DNA of 62,427 nucleotides, counting the filler, from Nemertoderma westbladi (Eukaryota > Animalia > Xenacoelomorpha): the NCBI GenBank assembly GCA_032718475.1. It is 3 parts of 3 records of this genome, joined end to end, with 100 filler letters (N's around TTAATTAATTAA, not from the genome) between each part and the next. Parts side by side here need not be neighbours in the genome. Positions count along the whole stretch, not along the records: positions 47,950 to 62,427 come from JAUCBJ010005453.1; 2 more parts are not named here. The stretch is one strand, 5' to 3'. The position numbers and the translations under genes are program-made. Each line of letters starts with the position of its first letter. The stretch's first letter is position 1. Shown piece after piece: positions 62,283 through 62,427 of the stretch. The notes under the pieces are model-generated. The model was not told the origin of the DNA, did not search any database, and saw nothing but the letters and a program-made list of their open reading frames with translations.

Positions 62283-62427
62283 AAATATATAACAATAATA
62301 TCGGGGGGGGGGGGGGGGGGGGGGTTGGTCAAATATATAACAATAATATCGGGGGGGGGGGGGGGGGGGGGGGTGTTGGGGGGTGTGGGGGTGTGGGCGG
62401 TTTGGTCAAATATATAACAATAATATC
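62283..62427. repeat. Short tandem repeat with poly-G tracts next to a spectrin acceptor
   Basis: CAAATATATAACAATAATATC(G)n repeated three times. Confidence 0.8.

Overview
Animal (invertebrate-like) nuclear DNA made of three scaffold pieces (1-18192, 18293-47849, 47950-62427), joined by artificial N-TTAATTAATTAA-N spacers. Host genes: the first coding exon of DNA topoisomerase III alpha, an intronless PRP18, an intronless SLC17/sialin-like transporter, most of a beta-heavy spectrin gene (including a 9.8 kb exon), a bulb-type lectin exon, and a divergent multi-exon annexin-like gene that the ORF track misses. The annexin-like gene hosts PRP18 antisense in one intron. Mobile DNA: an EnSpm/CACTA-type two-ORF transposon, a near full-length L2-type LINE, a folded-back Sola2-like remnant, two related Sola1-like non-autonomous elements that each carry a different G-rich minisatellite, a Ty3/Gypsy gag with PBS/LTR, SINE heads, MITEs and hairpins. 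The large repetitive ORFs in the track are artefacts of tandem arrays. Recurrent patterns worth follow-up: minisatellites seeded exactly at splice sites, a satellite whose single-unit precursor is still visible, and abundant Tc1/mariner-type TA-CAG-TA footprints. No CRISPR array or prokaryotic system is supported. All family assignments are by-eye motif recognition, not database searches.
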